The notes beneath the pieces were generated by a model. It made no database searches. It was not told where the DNA came from and was given only the letters and a program-made list of their open reading frames with translations. Both the position numbers and the translations under genes were made by a program. This document shows positions 28,266 to 32,000 of a stretch of DNA of 32,000 nt, piece by piece. The stretch is from Pasteurella multocida. GTDB taxonomy: Bacteria > Pseudomonadota > Gammaproteobacteria > Enterobacterales > Pasteurellaceae. Every line of letters begins with the position of its first letter. The first letter of the stretch is position 1. The stretch lies in NCBI RefSeq assembly GCF_900187275.1, contig NZ_LT906458.1, forward strand, positions 2,040,001 through 2,072,000, in the 5' to 3' direction.

Positions 28266-28401
28266 TGGTTCTCCGTTGAGTAAGGCCAAACGTCTAAATT
28301 AGTAAAACTATTTAAACCATAAACTCCAGTCAAAAGGCGATATTTATCGCAAAATGTAGAGTTTTGGGAAATCCTGAAGATTAATTACGGAGAAATTCGC
28401 A
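28266..28401 (+). promoter_or_regulatory. rpsL-rpsG intercistronic leader; expected location of the S7 translational operator
   Basis: The spacer is 136 nt and untranslated. In E. coli, S7 autoregulates by binding this intercistronic region. The structure was not modelled here. Confidence 0.3.
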
Positions 28402-28872
28402 ATGCCACGTCGTCGTAGTATTGAACCACGCAAGATTCTTCCAGATCCAAAATTCGGATCAGAATTACTTGCTAAATTTATTAATGTTTTAATGGTAGAT
28501 GGTAAAAAATCTATCGCAGAAAAAATCGTTTATAGTGCATTAGACACATTAGCACAACGTACAGGTAAAGAAGCGTTAGAAGCTTTTGAAGCTGCGCTTG
28601 ATAATGTTCGTCCTACCGTTGAGGTAAAATCTCGCCGTGTGGGTGGTTCTACTTATCAAGTACCTGTAGAAGTTCGTCCAGTACGTCGTAATGCATTAGG
28701 TATGCGTTGGATTGTTGACGCAGCACGTAAACGTGGTGATAAGTCAATGGCTTTACGTTTAGCTAACGAATTATCTGATGCATCAGAAAATAAAGGTGCA
28801 GCAGTGAAAAAACGTGAAGACGTTCACCGTATGGCTGAAGCTAACAAAGCGTTTGCACATTACCGTTGGTAA
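28402..28872 (+). CDS. rpsG: 30S ribosomal protein S7
   Basis: MPRRR...[31 protein letters not shown], 156 aa. Confidence 0.99.
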   Translation: MPRRRSIEPRKILPDPKFGSELLAKFINVLMVDGKKSIAEKIVYSALDTLAQRTGKEALEAFEAALDNVRPTVEVKSRRVGGSTYQVPVEVRPVRRNALGMRWIVDAARKRGDKSMALRLANELSDASENKGAAVKKREDVHRMAEANKAFAHYRW

Positions 28873-28973
28873 TTTTTTAGCAACTACGTTTTCAGGCTTC
28901 ATCTCATTTAATTATGTGGTGAAGCCTTATACATATTTAAAATTTCATATTTAATTCCAGCAAGGAAATAATA

Positions 28974-31076
28974 ATGGCACGTACAACCCCTATTGAAAGA
29001 TACCGTAACATTGGTATCAGTGCTCACATTGACGCAGGTAAAACAACTACTTCCGAGCGTATCCTATTCTATACAGGTGTGAGTCACAAACTTGGTGAGG
29101 TGCACGATGGTGCAGCTACTATGGACTGGATGGAGCAAGAACAAGAGCGTGGTATCACAATCACCTCTGCGGCAACAACCGCATTCTGGTCTGGTATGTC
29201 TAAACAATATCCACAACACCGTATCAACGTGATTGATACTCCGGGACACGTTGACTTCACGATCGAAGTTGAACGTTCAATGCGTGTACTTGACGGTGCG
29301 GTGATGGTTTACTGTGCGGTGGGTGGTGTTCAACCACAATCAGAAACCGTATGGCGCCAAGCAAACAAATACCAAGTTCCTCGTGTTGCTTTCGTAAACA
29401 AAATGGACCGTACTGGTGCTAACTTCTTACGTGTAGTTGAACAAATTAAAACTCGCTTAGGGGGTAACTCTGTTCCTTTACAATTACCAATCGGTTCAGA
29501 AGATAATTTCAAAGGTGTTGTTGACCTTGTTAAAATGAAAGCGATTAACTGGAACGAAGCTGACCAAGGTATGACATTTACCTATGAAGAGATCCCAGCT
29601 GATATGGTTGATGCTTGTGAAGAATGGCGTCAAAATTTAGTTGAGTCAGCTGCAGAAGCGTCAGAAGAGTTAATGGAAAAATACCTTGGCGGTGAAGAAT
29701 TAACAGAAGAAGAAATTAAAGCAGGTTTACGTCAACGCGTATTAGCCGGTGAAATTATTCCTGTATGCTGTGGTTCTGCCTTCAAAAATAAAGGTGTTCA
29801 AGCTATGCTTGATGCGGTAATCGACTATTTACCAGCACCAACAGATATCCCAGCGATCAAAGGGATTAATCCAGATGAAACAGAAGGTGAGCGTCATGCA
29901 AGTGATGATGAACCTTTCTCTGCACTTGCGTTTAAAATCGCAACTGACCCATTCGTAGGTAACTTAACGTTCTTCCGTGTTTATTCTGGTGTAATTAATT
30001 CAGGTGATACTGTATTAAACTCTGTAAAAGATAAACGTGAGCGTTTTGGTCGTATCGTACAGATGCACGCAAACAAACGTGAAGAAATCAAAGAAGTGCG
30101 TGCAGGCGATATCGCAGCCGCAATTGGTTTGAAAGATGTGGGTACTGGTGATACATTATGTGCACAAGATGCGCCAATTATTCTTGAGCGCATGGAATTC
30201 CCAGAGCCAGTAATTTCTGTTGCTGTTGAGCCAAAAACGAAAGCAGACCAAGAAAAAATGGGTCTTGCATTAGGTCGCTTAGCACAAGAAGACCCTTCAT
30301 TCCGTGTTCATACTGATGAAGAGTCGGGTGAAACTATTATCTCTGGTATGGGTGAGTTACACTTAGATATTATCGTTGACCGTATGCGTCGTGAATTCAA
30401 AGTTGAAGCGAACATTGGTAAACCACAAGTATCTTACCGTGAAACTATCCGTACTCGCGTTAATGATGTTGAAGGTAAACACGCAAAACAATCTGGTGGT
30501 CGCGGTCAATATGGTCACGTTGTTATCGACTTATATCCGTTAGATCCAGAAGGTCCGGGTTATGAATTCGTGAACGAAATCAAAGGTGGTGTGATCCCTG
30601 GTGAATACATCCCTGCAGTAGATAAAGGTGTTCAAGAACAACTTAAATCGGGTCCATTAGCGGGTTATCCAGTAGTGGATTTAGGTGTTCGTTTACACTT
30701 CGGTTCATACCATGATGTTGACTCATCTGAGCTTGCGTTTAAATTAGCTGCATCTTTAGCCTTTAAAGCTGCATTTAATAAAGCAAACCCAGTGCTTCTT
30801 GAGCCAATCATGAAAGTAGAAGTTGAAACGCCACCGGACTACGTTGGTGATGTAATTGGTGACTTAAGCCGTCGTCGTGCGATGGTTAACGGTCAAGAAG
30901 CAAATGAATTTGTTGTGAAGATCAATGCAGAAGTACCACTTTCAGAGATGTTTGGTTATGCAACTGACCTTCGTTCACAAACTCAAGGTCGTGCTTCATA
31001 CTCAATGGAACCATTGAAATATGCAGAAGCGCCGAAAAACGTTGCTGATGCAATCATTGAAGCTCGCAAAAAATAA
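28974..31076 (+). CDS. fusA: Elongation factor G
   Basis: The 700-aa ORF has the G1 motif [10 protein letters not shown]3 DTPGHVDF and G4 NKMD, and reads as full-length EF-G. Confidence 0.99.
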   Translation: MARTTPIERYRNIGISAHIDAGKTTTSERILFYTGVSHKLGEVHDGAATMDWMEQEQERGITITSAATTAFWSGMSKQYPQHRINVIDTPGHVDFTIEVERSMRVLDGAVMVYCAVGGVQPQSETVWRQANKYQVPRVAFVNKMDRTGANFLRVVEQIKTRLGGNSVPLQLPIGSEDNFKGVVDLVKMKAINWNEADQGMTFTYEEIPADMVDACEEWRQNLVESAAEASEELMEKYLGGEELTEEEIKAGLRQRVLAGEIIPVCCGSAFKNKGVQAMLDAVIDYLPAPTDIPAIKGINPDETEGERHASDDEPFSALAFKIATDPFVGNLTFFRVYSGVINSGDTVLNSVKDKRERFGRIVQMHANKREEIKEVRAGDIAAAIGLKDVGTGDTLCAQDAPIILERMEFPEPVISVAVEPKTKADQEKMGLALGRLAQEDPSFRVHTDEESGETIISGMGELHLDIIVDRMRREFKVEANIGKPQVSYRETIRTRVNDVEGKHAKQSGGRGQYGHVVIDLYPLDPEGPGYEFVNEIKGGVIPGEYIPAVDKGVQEQLKSGPLAGYPVVDLGVRLHFGSYHDVDSSELAFKLAASLAFKAAFNKANPVLLEPIMKVEVETPPDYVGDVIGDLSRRRAMVNGQEANEFVVKINAEVPLSEMFGYATDLRSQTQGRASYSMEPLKYAEAPKNVADAIIEARKK

Positions 31077-31090
31077 TTTTGTTTAACAAA

Positions 31091-31115
31091 ACCACAAGCT
31101 GTAATAGCTTGTGGT
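31091..31115 (+). other. Perfect 10-bp stem-loop in the fusA-tufA spacer
   Basis: ACCACAAGCT, the loop GTAAT, then AGCTTGTGGT. No T-run follows, and the tufA SD (GAGGAAAC) begins 8 nt later. Confidence 0.6.
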
Positions 31116-31124
31116 CTCTACTGA

Positions 31125-32000
<876 letters not shown>

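Overview
The window looks like Pasteurellaceae chromosome. It is AT-rich by eye and carries at least 18 perfect Hin-type uptake signal sequences (AAGTGCGGT / ACCGCACTT), counted by eye. Nearly all of it is conserved core content. In order: a YajG-like lipoprotein (partial), bolA, and a ribose/allose-type sugar ABC transporter whose binding-protein gene is divergent from the ATPase and permease genes. Next come the complete Na+-NQR locus nqrABCDEF-apbE-nqrM, mnmA, and a shortened CDF metal-efflux gene. The minus strand then carries a uhpT-uhpA-uhpB-uhpC sugar-phosphate sensing and uptake cluster, followed by hldD. After that come deoC-deoR, fabR, oxyR, a hybrid peroxiredoxin-glutaredoxin, slyX, fkpA, yheO-tusDCB and the str operon rpsL-rpsG-fusA-tufA (tufA is cut by the window end and is absent from the ORF track). 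I found no CRISPR array, mobile element, tRNA or rRNA, and no unassigned long ORF or gene cluster that could be an undescribed defence or other novel system. All long ORFs outside the called genes are antisense or frame shadows. The leads worth a second look are architectural and regulatory. (1) The uhp order is non-enterobacterial, with only a USS-hairpin terminator between uhpT and uhpA. (2) The uhpT promoter layout, with a perfect CRP site near -103.5, resembles the E. coli one. (3) The CDF exporter lacks its cytoplasmic C-terminal domain and an approximately 12-residue signature segment, yet keeps its transport-site residues. (4) One perfect CRP site sits about 41.5 bp from each of two divergent -10 elements of the ABC transporter. 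(5) Tandem TGTTA-N6-TCACA sites lie upstream of deoC-deoR. (6) oxyR and fabR are tightly coupled. All positions and motif matches were read by eye, with no searches or computations.
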